The notes beneath the pieces were generated by a model. It searched no databases and was not told the origin of the DNA. It worked only from the letters and a program-made list of their open reading frames with translations. Source: Eledone cirrhosa (taxonomy: Eukaryota). Taken from it: DNA of 64,000 bases. Within the stretch, counting starts at the first letter, position 1. The number at the start of each line of letters is the position of its first letter. Positions 50,120 to 61,548 of this stretch are shown here, piece after piece. The position numbers and the translations under genes were made by a program. The DNA is taken from positions 268,212,001 to 268,276,000 of the forward strand of contig OZ024741.1 of NCBI GenBank assembly GCA_964016885.1, given 5' to 3'.

Positions 50120-51560
50120 TGGGTAATTCCACATCAATGGCCAACACCAATGTTTTGACTGTAACGATATAAAAAATTACAAAATTTGAGCATGTGGCAA
50201 GATATCACATTTCAAAATTTTACCTGAAATCGCCTATTTCCTATGGCAGTTGTACTGAATATTCACAAACATACCAATTTATTGATATCTCAAGTTCTTT
50301 GTATCGAATCATATTGAAATTTGGTACCGGGCCCAATTTTGGTATGAGGAATTAAAAGATGTTATCAAAAATATAATAGGAATAAACATTCTTTAGTTAT
50401 TTTGAAATAATTCATAAGACAACAAATTTGAAATCTTGAGAACTGACTGGCTGATTTTGAAATTTTATCTCGATACCCTAGTTCAATAAGAGCCAATTAT
50501 ATACTGAATAAAACATATGTAGTTGTATTTTAAACAAGCAAAAGTTGTCTTGAGTTCTCTTAAACTTCATTATATACTAGGTGTTAACCATTGGGTAGTG
50601 ATTGTAATGAAAAATAAAATCCTAAATATATCATTAATATTTCACTAACGTTTTCTTGCTTAATGCATCATTTCACTATCAAAATTACTGTAGAATTGTC
50701 TACTTAATTTACTTTAAAACAAGGTAAATTATTATTTATACTTTAGAGTAACAATATAACAGAAATTTATAAACAGGTTTGTACAGAAAAACAAAACAAA
50801 GATATATATCTCTTCAAGGTGGTGCAGAAAATAATTGTGCATACAGTTTGATTATTGACCAATACTGTCAATATGATTTGAATCACAGACATCTAGACAA
50901 TATTAGCATGCAGAAGAAAGTAATGGTGCTTTTATGGTAGATATGATATTTGTAATTGGCACCCAACATACATTTTCATGATTTTGGTATGAAAAAGAAT
51001 TACTTGGATATGAAGGGTAAATGAATTTAATTAATAAATCTTTGTGGTCATTATCAACATCAGACACCATTCCAATCCATTTCTGTGCATTGTAAAGGCA
51101 TGAGCAAACATTGTGTAATCATAACTGGATACCAAATTAAACTGTTGAGCATAATCATGTATCTTTGGAAACTCTTTTAGTAGCATTGCATGTGGTTGAC
51201 TGGAATAAATTGGTGAAAACTTTGAGTAGCTGGAAGAATTTGAGATTTAGATAACCATTTATCTAAAGACTACATTACATCTTTGTGTATGAACATGAAG
51301 TTAATGCCACTTATGTTTTGTTGAAAAAATTGGAGCCAATCTAATGCTGAGAGGATTTAATCACTTGATGCATATTGTAAACTAGCTTTTGCTGTTATTC
51401 ATCTTGTAGTACCACTGATTCCTTTGCAAATGGACCTCCTGTGACTTGTATAAAAAAAATTCCACTTGCATTTGATTTGAAAGTGGTGACACAAATTAAG
51501 AAAATGTTTACAGTTCTACTGAGCTGCACAACTGTCTGAAAAGTAATGAATGTTGTTAAT
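50120..51560 (-). mobile_element. Decayed DNA transposon (Sola-like transposase C-terminus, tentative)
   Basis: Minus strand 51110-50940 reads CLYNAQKWIGMVSDVDNDHKDLLIKFIYPSYPSNSFSY...VCWVPITNII; family assignment from memory, boundaries approximate. Confidence 0.4.
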
Positions 51561-51583
51561 GTTATTAGAAATATTCTCTTTAA

Positions 51584-51804
51584 CCCTTTAGCATTTAAAC
51601 CAACTGTATCTAGCCAGAATTCTCCTACCTCTTTCTGTATAAATCGGCCATAACCGGCTGTTCATACTTATGTTAAGGTATTGTTCTCAAAGTAAATAAT
51701 ATCAAAATTTGATAGATTCGATATTATATGAGATAATTATGCGAGATAAAGCCTTTACCATGAAAATACAATAGTAAATATAGAATAATGTAAATGCTAA
51801 AGGG
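51584..51804 (-). mobile_element. piggyBac-type MITE
   Basis: TTAA|CCCTTTAGCATTTA ... TAAATGCTAAAGGG perfect TIRs. Confidence 0.82.
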
Positions 51805-51950
51805 TTACTATAGGAAACATAATTTGGACATAATTTTCTAAAGAAAACATATCATGCTCAAGATCATCTGATAATATACATAACGAACTGGATTTAATTT
51901 CAGTGTTGTGTTTATATTAAATAACAGTAGGGTGCAATGTACACGACTGT

Positions 51951-51982
<32 letters not shown>

Positions 51983-52256
51983 TACCGTTTTATGTCCGTT
52001 CTTCCATGCTAGCATGGATTAGACGGGTTGTCCTGTTGTGGGCAGTGTCTAGTCGGCTGACCATGCCTTGCTCATACAGGAACTGATTTTGGCTTGATTT
52101 CTACAGCTGGATGCCCTTCCTAACACCAACCTCATTTACAGTGAGTGCTGGGTGCTTTTTTCCGTGGCGCCTACACATCCATTTTACAGTCTGGGCTGGG
52201 TGCTTTTTTGCTGTGGCACCTCCACGACCACTTTGCAGTGGGAGGGTGTGGGGGCA

Positions 52257-53885
52257 TATTGTCTATATGCTTCAGCTTGTACCCATGGGAGGTCAGGTAC
52301 TCTGTATTACTGCGTGATGCCGGAGGTCACGGTTGTGTGTCATTGGTGTAAGGTCGGCTTTTATCACCTCATCCCAGGTCTTCTTGGGTCTCCCCACTCC
52401 GCGGTTTCCAATGACTTCTAGTGCTCTGCACCTTTTTATGCAGCTGTCATCCTTCATACGCATCACATGTCCATACCAATGCAACCGCCTCTCCTGCACA
52501 CAGCATTTGATTCCTCTTATGCTCAGTCTCTCTCTCAATTCATTTATGCTTTGCTGTTCGTGTATATTACTATTACACATCCATTGGAGCATGCAAGCTT
52601 CGTTTCTTTCTAATCTACGTAAGTCTTCCACCTTCAGCGCCCAGGTCTCACTACCATGTAACATTGCTGTTCATATACACGCATCATACAGTCTGCCTTT
52701 CATTTTGAGGGAAAATCCTTTTGCAGCTAGCAGTAGCAGTAGTTCCCTGAACTTCCATCCCGTTCTTACCCTAGTTATTGTACTTTCTGAACACCCACCT
52801 TCGCTGCTAATTCGGTCACCTAAGTAGCAGAAGCTGTCTACTGTTTCTACAGAGCCCTCCCAGACATTGGTGGTACTTGTTTCCTGTGGCTGTTTGCTGC
52901 TTGCTGTCCCAGCACAGCTGCTACATGTGAAGCCTACATTCTTCCTGAGATCCAGCTACATCTCTTGTGTACCCATTGTTTGCATTTGGGGCAGAGAATG
53001 GAGTTCCTACATACTGAGCAAGGATATTTCCCTGAGGGGATCTGGGTTCTGTTTTCTAGTCTACTTACAAGGACCTTAGTCTTTGTCAGGTTGATTTTGA
53101 GACCCTTTCTTTCTAGTCCCTGCTTCCAAGTTTGGAATTTCTTCTCTAGTTCTACCATAGATTCAGCTATAAGTGCGAGGTCATCTGCATACAGGAGTTC
53201 CCATGGGCATCCGGTCTTAAACTCCTCCGTTATTGCCTGCAGGACTATGATAAACAGGAGAGAGCTAAGAACAGAGCCCTGGTGGACACCAACCTGTACG
53301 CTAAATTCTTCGCTATACTCATTGCTAATCCTAACTTTGCTGACTGCTCCCCTATACATGGCTTGTACAGCTTTCACTAGCCATTCATCTACTCCTAGTT
53401 TTCTAAGAGCCCACCAGATTATAGCATGTGGAACTCTGTCAAAGGCTTTCTCGAGATCGACGAATGCCATGTAGAGTGGCTTACTTTTAGCTAGGTACTT
53501 TTCCTGTAACTGCCTCAAAGGAAGAGCGCATCAGTGGTGCCTCTTCCTGGTACAAACCCAAATTGCATCTCATCTAGTTTCACCCGGTCCCTAATCAACT
53601 GTGCTATAACTCTTTCTGTTACTTTCATGACCTGGTCCATCAGCTTTATACCTCTATAGTTTCCTCTATCTAGTGCATCACCTTTACCTTTGTAGCAGTT
53701 GACAATGATGCTACTGCACCAATCTTTTGGTATGACACCTAGTATTACCTGGTTAACAATACGTGTGGTTATAGTGTGACCTACAGACCCAGATGCCTTC
53801 AGCATCTCGGCAGCTATACCCGATGGACCGGTTGCTTTCCCCATCTTAGCTATACCCGATGGACCGGTTGCCTTCCCCATCTTCT
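52257..53885 (-). mobile_element. RTE-clade LINE, 5'-truncated, relatively young
   Basis: ORFs 53515-53880, 52934-53518 and 52293-52664 give RT (FVDLEKAFDRV, YADDL) and the C-terminal domain. Confidence 0.93.
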
Positions 53886-54285
53886 GTTTATTTCAATGAA
53901 ATCTTTGGATTTTATCTTGCACAATAAAATTGTACTTTTCTCCAAAATCACCAAGTACAATAACTTATTCTTCACATAAATTCTCTTTCAAGAATGATAA
54001 ATATTTAGCTTGAGATTTGGCAATGTAAAAATGAGCTGTAAAGGTGTCTTACTTTTCACACGCGAGTGCTAAATGTGCTGAATATGTAATGTTTGGGAAA
54101 TCAAATCTGCTCTATCAATACTTAACGGTTTACCTTAAGTTAAAGTATTGTGGTGGCATCAGGAAGAGCATTTAACTGTAGAAAGACTGTCTTAAAAAGT
54201 CTTATCCCAACCCATGCAAGCACGGCGAAACTTAATGATAGGATTCTATGGTTATAGAATAATTTTGTCTGTCTTTTATTTTCAG

Positions 54286-54380
54286 TTATGAACCTGAATT
54301 ATTTCCAGGGTTAATTTACCGAATGGTGAAACCAAGGATTGTGTTGTTAATATTTGTTTCTGGTAAAGTTGTGCTTACAG
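54286..54380 (+). CDS. TBP: TBP exon 6
   Basis: (S)[31 protein letters not shown]; ttttcag| and |gtaact. Confidence 0.97.
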
Positions 54381-54859
54381 GTAACTGACCCTTTCATTAC
54401 CATATTTCTAATAAGTTGAAATAATTTTGAAAGAAAATAATTTTTAAAAATTGAGAAATTTAATAAATGAACTTACATTTTCATTAGTAAACTGCTATTT
54501 GAAATATCATTTAACAAAGATTTCTTCTAAAAAGTTATAGTGGAAGCTTTTAATATATATCTATGAACGTACGTAAGCAGGATACAGACCCCCTCGGCCT
54601 GTCTACAAGGTCATTAGCCCTGTTTCAGTACTAACTTGGTCTATGTATACCTGTCCAACCCTTACTAGCAGGGAAAACGGACCTTAAATGATGATGATAT
54701 ATGAACACTTTAAAAGAGGCAGTTTTATATCATAAAATCAGGATATGTTTCAGTTGAGTTGGTATCAAAAGGGTTAATAAGTCTTACCTTTGAAATAAAT
54801 TTACTTTTTCAATCTTGAAACATTTCCACGTTTCAGAAGTCAAATATGGTTATGTTTAA

Positions 54860-55050
54860 CCCTTTAGAATTTAAACCGGCTATATCCGGCCAGAATTATC
54901 TCACCCTTCATACTTATGTTAAGGTATTGTTCTCAAAATAAATAATATCAAGATCTTGCAGATTCGATATTATATGAGTTAATTATGTGAAATAAAGTGT
55001 TTTCCATGAAAGTACAATAGTTAATATAGAGTAATGTAAATGCTAAAGGG
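54860..55050 (-). mobile_element. piggyBac-type MITE
   Basis: TTAA-flanked CCCTTTAG...CTAAAGGG. Confidence 0.8.
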
Positions 55051-55264
55051 TTAAGATGTTCTGAGTTTGATTCACCTGTGTAGTATCTTGGGCAAGTGTC
55101 TTTTATATCCTCTGACCAACCATTGCCTTGACAGTGAAAGCTGAGAGAAAGCCTCTTGTGTGGTAATGTGTTTGTGTATGCATCAACACTGTTTAAAAAA
55201 AAAACTAAGAGACGTTTGTTTATGCGATATATATTTATATATATCTAACATTCATTGAACCATT

Positions 55265-56075
55265 AAGCTGTGGGACATTATCTATAAAATGTACGCAATG
55301 CAGATGTTGGGTACACAAGAAATGTAGTAGGGTAGCTAGCAAACTAACAGGTAGGGAAAACTATGTATGCAGTAGATGTACAGGGAAAGTTGGCAGTAGT
55401 AATCGCAGTGATAGACACATTTTTCCAATGCAGGTGGGTTCTATAGAAGTGGTTGATAGCTTCTGGTACCTAAATAATCAGATTAGTATGGGAGGGGAGG
55501 GGAGGGGGGTTCCGAGGCCATAGTATCTAGAATAAGGTCGGGTTGGAAGAAGTTTAGGGAGCTACTTCCTCTGTTGACAAAGAAGGGTTTCTCTCTGTGT
55601 ACGAAAGGATGGTTATATAATGCCTGTGTGAGATGCGCGATGCTGCATGGTAGTGAGACATGGAGCAACTGCAGAAGATATGTGACGGCTGGAGAGAAAT
55701 GAAGCTAGTATGCTCCGTTGGATGTCAATGTCAATGTGCGTGAATGACCAAGCATAGACGAGTTGAGAAAGAAACTGGGTATAAGAGGGATAGTTGTGGT
55801 GTGCAGGAGAGAAGGCTGAGATGGTATGGACATGTGATGCGCATGGAGGATGACCGCTGGGTAAAGAAGTGCCAAGAAATCCCAGTAGAAGGAAGACGCA
55901 GTAGAGGTAGACCTCGAAAAACATGGGCGGAGGTGGTGAGAGCAGACCTCAGATCGCTGAAACTCACCGAGGAGATGACAAAGGACCGTGACAAGTGGAG
56001 AGATGCTGTGCTGGATGGGACCCGTCCAACCCTTGCTAGCAGGGAAAAGCGGATGTAAAATGATGATGATGATGA
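55265..56075 (+). mobile_element. RTE LINE 3' fragment with (GAT)n tail
   Basis: ERRLRWYGHVMRM...GRPRKTW; tail CCAACCCTTGCTAGCAGGGAAAAGCGGATGTAAAATGATGAT. Confidence 0.9.
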
Positions 56076-56083
56076 TATATATA

Positions 56084-56199
56084 CCATGTTTAATACAGAA
56101 ATGGCTTCTACACGACTAGAACTGTTTCCTGGTGATTTCTTTTGAATGAAACAGTTCAAGTCGTGTAGAAGCCATTAATATATACTATATTAAACATGA
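56084..56199. repeat. Fold-back with hammerhead-like core at its axis
   Basis: AATGGCTTCTACACGACT.GAACTGTTTC / GAAACAGTTC.AGTCGTGTAGAAGCCATT; centre CTGGTGA-tttcttttgaat-GAAAC. Confidence 0.75.
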
Positions 56200-56287
56200 T
56201 GTTTACACTCAACTAATGTATTGAGTACGTTACTAACTGTGGGTTACCTACGATTGAACCCAGGACTCATATATATATATATATATA

Positions 56288-56633
56288 TCATCATCATTTC
56301 ATCATTTCATTTTACGTCCGCTTTTCCCTGCTTGCAAGGGTGGGATGGGAACTGATTCTGGTTTGATTTCTACAGCTGGATGCCCTTCCTAACACCAACC
56401 TCATTTACAGTGAGTGCTGGGTGCTTTTTTGCCGTGGCACCTCCACGACCACTTTGTAGTGGAATGATAGGGACCCCAGTCCCTATCATCTCATTTCTAC
56501 AGCTGAGTAAACTGGAGCAATGTGAAATAAAGTGTCTTGCTCAAGGAAACAACACATCACTCGGTTTGAGAATTGAACTCACAACCTTTCGATTGAAAGG
56601 CCAATGCTCTAACCACTAAGCCATGTGCCTCCA
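56288..56633 (-). mobile_element. SINE family A copy
   Basis: Near-identical to 43035-43374. Confidence 0.8.
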
Positions 56634-57059
56634 TGTGCCTATATATATATATACATATACACAAAACGTATACAGAAACAACAAAGCAAACAACACAGTA
56701 CAATGAAGAAATATATTAGTTTAATGCTTGACATAATAGGAAAAGAGTCTTTATGTTTCATCAGAAGATAGAATGAGGAAATAAAAGATGAAATAGAAAG
56801 ATAATGAATGAAAGGAGGAAGGATCGAAAAAAAATTTTAAGAAAGAGAATGATGTATTCAGTAAGCCATACTTTGAAATAATACAGTATGAGTTGCATCT
56901 TGCCATAGATAAAACTGCCTGAAAATGTCTCGTCCAACCCATGCCAAAGTATAAAGCAAACATAAAAACAATGAAGAGGAGGAGAAAGAAGGATTATAAC
57001 TGAAATATCCTTCCAGATATATCAACACTTCTCTCCTAACTTTGAACAAATGTATGATG

Positions 57060-57340
57060 ATGATAATCTCAGCCATAATAATGAAAATATTGTGAACAGT
57101 GCTCAGGTGCACTACAACTCATCAAAAAGTGTATGTATAGTACATAGGGTAATGTACAAACGTCAGGAAAATGAACAGAACATGAGTCATGATATACACA
57201 TGTGCATGTGTATGGAAGGGGTACATCAGGTGTAGTTTTGGCGAATTTCAGGAAGCATGAGGGTTTTAAAGGATGCAGTGTCTCGGCAGCTAACAACTGA
57301 CGCTGGCAGTTTGTTCCATGCTTCAGCAACTCTAAGCGTG
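57060..57340 (-). mobile_element. CR1-type LINE 3' end
   Basis: Minus strand LRVAEAWNKLPASVVSCRDTASFK; near-identical to 44819-45072. Confidence 0.7.
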
Positions 57341-58634
57341 AATTGATTTAACTCTTAACATCCTGTACCACATGAAATTGCATTAGCAAAACATTCTTGA
57401 AAAATTCAAAACTGCACATCATGTTAACAATTAAAAGCTTTACTCTAATACTTCAAATTTTCCCAATGATCTCTCTACTAATAAAGATACTATAAACATT
57501 TGAATTAACCTGTTTTTATATATTTTCTGCTGAATCATTTCAGGAAGTTAAGTGTCAGTTAACCAAAATACATATACATTATTTTTAGTATAATTGACTG
57601 CATCACAATAAATATTAAAGTCTTTACTCTAATATGGTAAATTTTCCAAACAGTCACTCTAATAATAAAGGTATTACAAACATTTAAATTAACAGACCTG
57701 TTTCTGAATTTTTCTGCTAACTCATTACATGATATAAAAAGATAAAGCATCTAGAGTGGTCCTTGCATTTATCAGGAGGCTTTTCTTGCCCAGTTTTCCC
57801 TGTTTCAGAGGAAAATCAGGGCCAAAACATCTAAGAGAGATAGCTGTGCATGGGGGTTGCTAAGAGAGTCGGCAATGCTAAACTCATAATTCTTGGAGAT
57901 TTAATGGGTGGCCCTTGTTTGGAGTCATCAGCTGGGTTTTATTGGTGTCAGGTCAGATGAAAAATTGATCTGCCACTTAATCCTGTAAATGAGTCCTGCC
58001 TGTTTCATGGTAAAGCTTTAACAGACTGAACTGGTAACGTTATTCTATAGTCTCAACCTGGAAGTATGGTGGACACTTGGTCATCTCTATTCAACTGATG
58101 TAATATTCCACCTCACCCCACATCTCATGTTCTTACAAATGCAATAATAATGGTTTATGAGGGAGCAGAGGGGATATAGCCAGTAATTAAAAGGGCTTAA
58201 TTAAAAATACAGAATATTTTTTTCAAACAAAACATGGCCTCTGCTCTATAAGGCCAAGTACATTTTCTCAAGGCACTAGCCCTAAAGAAAGTGCCGTGGC
58301 TTTGACACAACAGAAGAGTCCTCCTGACCCTTTATTTTGGCAGGTTTACAGCTATTTGCTAAGTACGTGCACATTGTTTTGGCCAGATGGATCTATGACT
58401 TAATAAGAGTCAGCTTTGAAGATACTAGTATATTATGTACACACGGTTGGTGTGAGCATTTATCTCATCTTCACTGTGATTCATGGTAGTGACTAAATGT
58501 TATGATACTACACTACAACACTGATGTTGACATTTTCAGTTTGTTAAATGTTTGAATTAAAATGCTAACCCATCCTTACATTGTATTTCATTGTATAATA
58601 TCTCTTTGTCTCTTCTCTTTATATATTTATATAG

Positions 58635-58711
58635 GAGCCAAGGTCCGACAAGAAATTTATGATGCCTTTGAAAATATCTACCCAATCTTGAAGGGGTTTA
58701 AGAAGCAGTGA
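58635..58711 (+). CDS. TBP: TBP exon 7 (terminal)
   Basis: (G)[24 protein letters not shown]; the seven exons sum to 747 nt = 248 aa + stop. Confidence 0.97.
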
Positions 58712-59756
58712 ATGTTGTTCCTGTTTATCTTCTTTAAAAAATTCAACTAACAAAACCCTGGCACAGGCAGCAATGTAGGAGAGAAACTACAAACACAACA
58801 CGTAAACTTGTAACAAGCTTTAGTCGTCAATGAAGTCTGAGGCTGTAATGTCGGTTTTGTTGTGTTGGTTTGGACAAGTTTCATAATCCATCTTTCCCCC
58901 GAGATTTAGAAAACATTTAAGAGACAAATGGAAAAGGGTTTGCTGTCTCTCCAAGACAGAAATCTGAAGTTCTGGAGACTTAAGAAAGACTTTAGATAAA
59001 GTGATTGATGCTAAGAGAAGCCATGCAGTGCTGATTATCAAGTTATCAACTAACCAGGTAATTAACTGCTCTGAAATCCTAATATCAACGACAGCTCACA
59101 GCTGAATCTGGTACCAGTCCTTCGAGAAGATTTGTGTCACAGATTTCAAAGAAACTTGTAAAAAAAAATGCAGTTCGTAGGAATATGGGCTGCAACACAC
59201 ATTCATGCCAATTTTCTCTCTCTGGGATTTTCACACAATTTTGGGAGACCATATAATATGTATATATTTCCTCCACAGTAGGAAATGATATTGACCTTGA
59301 CCTTTCACTGCTGTTTTCATTTGACCTTGACCTTTCACTGCAGTTTTCACTAATTTATTGCTCCATCTTGATCATTCATTTACTACTGTTTTAGGTCTCA
59401 GGTGATAAACTTTGTGTTGTTAAGAAGTTTGCTTCACAACCATGAGGTTCCGGGTCAACTACTACTGCGCGGGAAATACTTAGAGTGGACTGATACCACA
59501 CATAAGTGGAATTTAGTAGGCAGAAAGTACACGGAAGCTTGACATAACCATACACGCACACTCATTTATGTAAGTGTTCATGTATGAATGCATATATATA
59601 TATATATCATTGAAGTTGGTGGTTCACCACTGGATAGAACTCTTTATTCTGTGTAGTTAACCATGATGCAATAGTATGAAAAGCACTCACCGTGACGCAA
59701 CTCAATTGTCTTTGGTGTAAGATTCTGTTGGTAATACGTGGACGGAGTTAAACATT

Positions 59757-59854
59757 ATTGAATAAAGCGACAGGAGGCCGGAAAATTGAGATTCCTTTAA
59801 AGTTTTTACTTTAAAGGAATCTCAATTTACCAGCCTCCTGTCGCTTTATTCAAT
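59757..59854. repeat. Near-perfect palindrome, ~47-bp arms
   Basis: ATTGAATAAAGCGACAGGAGGC...CTTTAAAGT / ACTTTAAAG...GCCTCCTGTCGCTTTATTCAAT. Confidence 0.9.
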
Positions 59855-59963
59855 TATGTATATATATATTTGAGTATGTATTGGTTGGTTACCGACACTT
59901 CAGTATGCAGGGTAGAGCACTCAACGAAGTGTGCATGGGGGTCTGTTTACTCTGGAGTTATTT

Positions 59964-60170
59964 AAGAACAAGAAGTGTAAGTCAACAGGTTAAAATTAAC
60001 TTTGTTTATTCATATTCGCTGTTATATATTTAGGTGATAACCATTATTCAACAGCTTTGACCTCATCAGATAGCTAGCTGTTGAATAATGGTTATCACCG
60101 AAATATATATAACAGCAAATATGAATAAACAAAGTTAATTTTAACCTGTTGACTTACACTTCTTGTTTTT
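59964..60170. repeat. Near-perfect palindrome, ~90-bp arms, CTGATGA core on the minus strand in the loop
   Basis: Arms AACAAGAAGTGTAAGTCAACAGG...TTCAACAGCT and its reverse complement; loop TTGACCTCATCAGAT. Confidence 0.9.
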
Positions 60171-60198
60171 ATATATGTGTGTATATATAAATTTATAC

Positions 60199-60229
<31 letters not shown>

Positions 60230-61302
60230 CATTAAAAAATAGTTCTCAATGGAGTTTATATAATAACAGCATTTAAAGCTGTGATTTTACATTGCCATTA
60301 CTCTGAGTTTTGTGTAATCAAAATGTCAAAAAGTGGTAATGCAAAACAGGCTAACGACAATGTAATATCTCAATTTTAATTGGTTTTAAGTGTGTGTGCA
60401 TATATATATATATATATTCATATGTATATATACATATGTATAATATTTATATACACATACATATATATAGGAAGGAGTAAATATAAGATGTAAGCATGAG
60501 GAAACTAAACTGAGAAAGTGGTGCTTTCAAACACAGTCCCTTGTGGTGTTTGTTCTGTACTGAGTTCAAAGCCACTCTCTTGTCAGGTCATCAGAAACTA
60601 TAGTGAACTGATGACTGACCTGTTTGAAACTAATAACCAACAGATGCTGTTCTTCACTAATTTTGAAGTAAAATCTGTAGATAAGTATCAAACCGGTTGG
60701 GAAATTATTGGAAGTGGGACATAACTTAATTTTGCTCTGTTTCAGGGAGTTTCAACTCGGCTCCCACACACACACGGCATTCTTTCTCTAAATTCAATAA
60801 ATTTTTATATCCCTGAACATACTGGCTAAAAGGAAGTTAATTCTGTGTCCCAGCCATTGAAGTACCCTGCCCCCTTGCTTCAGCAGTACTACCTATTACA
60901 ACCCTCCAGTGATGGTAAGAGTTCAGAAGGTCAACACCTTTGAACCTTCCAGGTCAAAGGTTATATTCATCAATGACATTCAAACACCACACCATATTAA
61001 ACTTCTTTATTTTTTAAGTGTTGTTTTTGTTGTTTTTTTTTGTCTCTTGAATTTGTCGAGGGAGGAGGGGGTGAGTTACCATGACAATAGAAGTTGAGTT
61101 TATATTGGGATTTACCATTGTAGTATTGATTTCTAATTTAGGGCCAAGGCCAGCAGCAAATTTGGTAGAAGGGCTAAGTTAAGTAAATCAACTCCCAATA
61201 GTTGACTGGTACTTTATTTTATCAACCCCAGAAGGAGGAGGGGCAAGGTTGACCTTGGTGGGATTTGAACTCAGAAAGAAAAGAGCCTAAACAAATATTG
61301 TT

Positions 61303-61548
61303 TATATGCTTCAGCATGTACCCATGGGAGGTCGGGTACTCTGTATTACTGCGTTACAAGGACCTTAGTCTTTGTCATGTTGACTTTGAGACCCTTTCTC
61401 TCTAGTCCCTGCTTCCAGGTTTGGAATTTATTCTCTAGTTCTATCATAGATTCAGCTATGAGTGCGAGGTCATCAGCATACAGGAGTTCCCATGGGCATC
61501 CAGTCTTAAATTCCTCCGTTATTGCCTGCAGGACTATGATGAACAGGA
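61303..61548 (-). mobile_element. Internally deleted RTE fragment
   Basis: RT segment (YADDL) fused directly to the same 3' end seen at 52257-52315. Confidence 0.8.
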
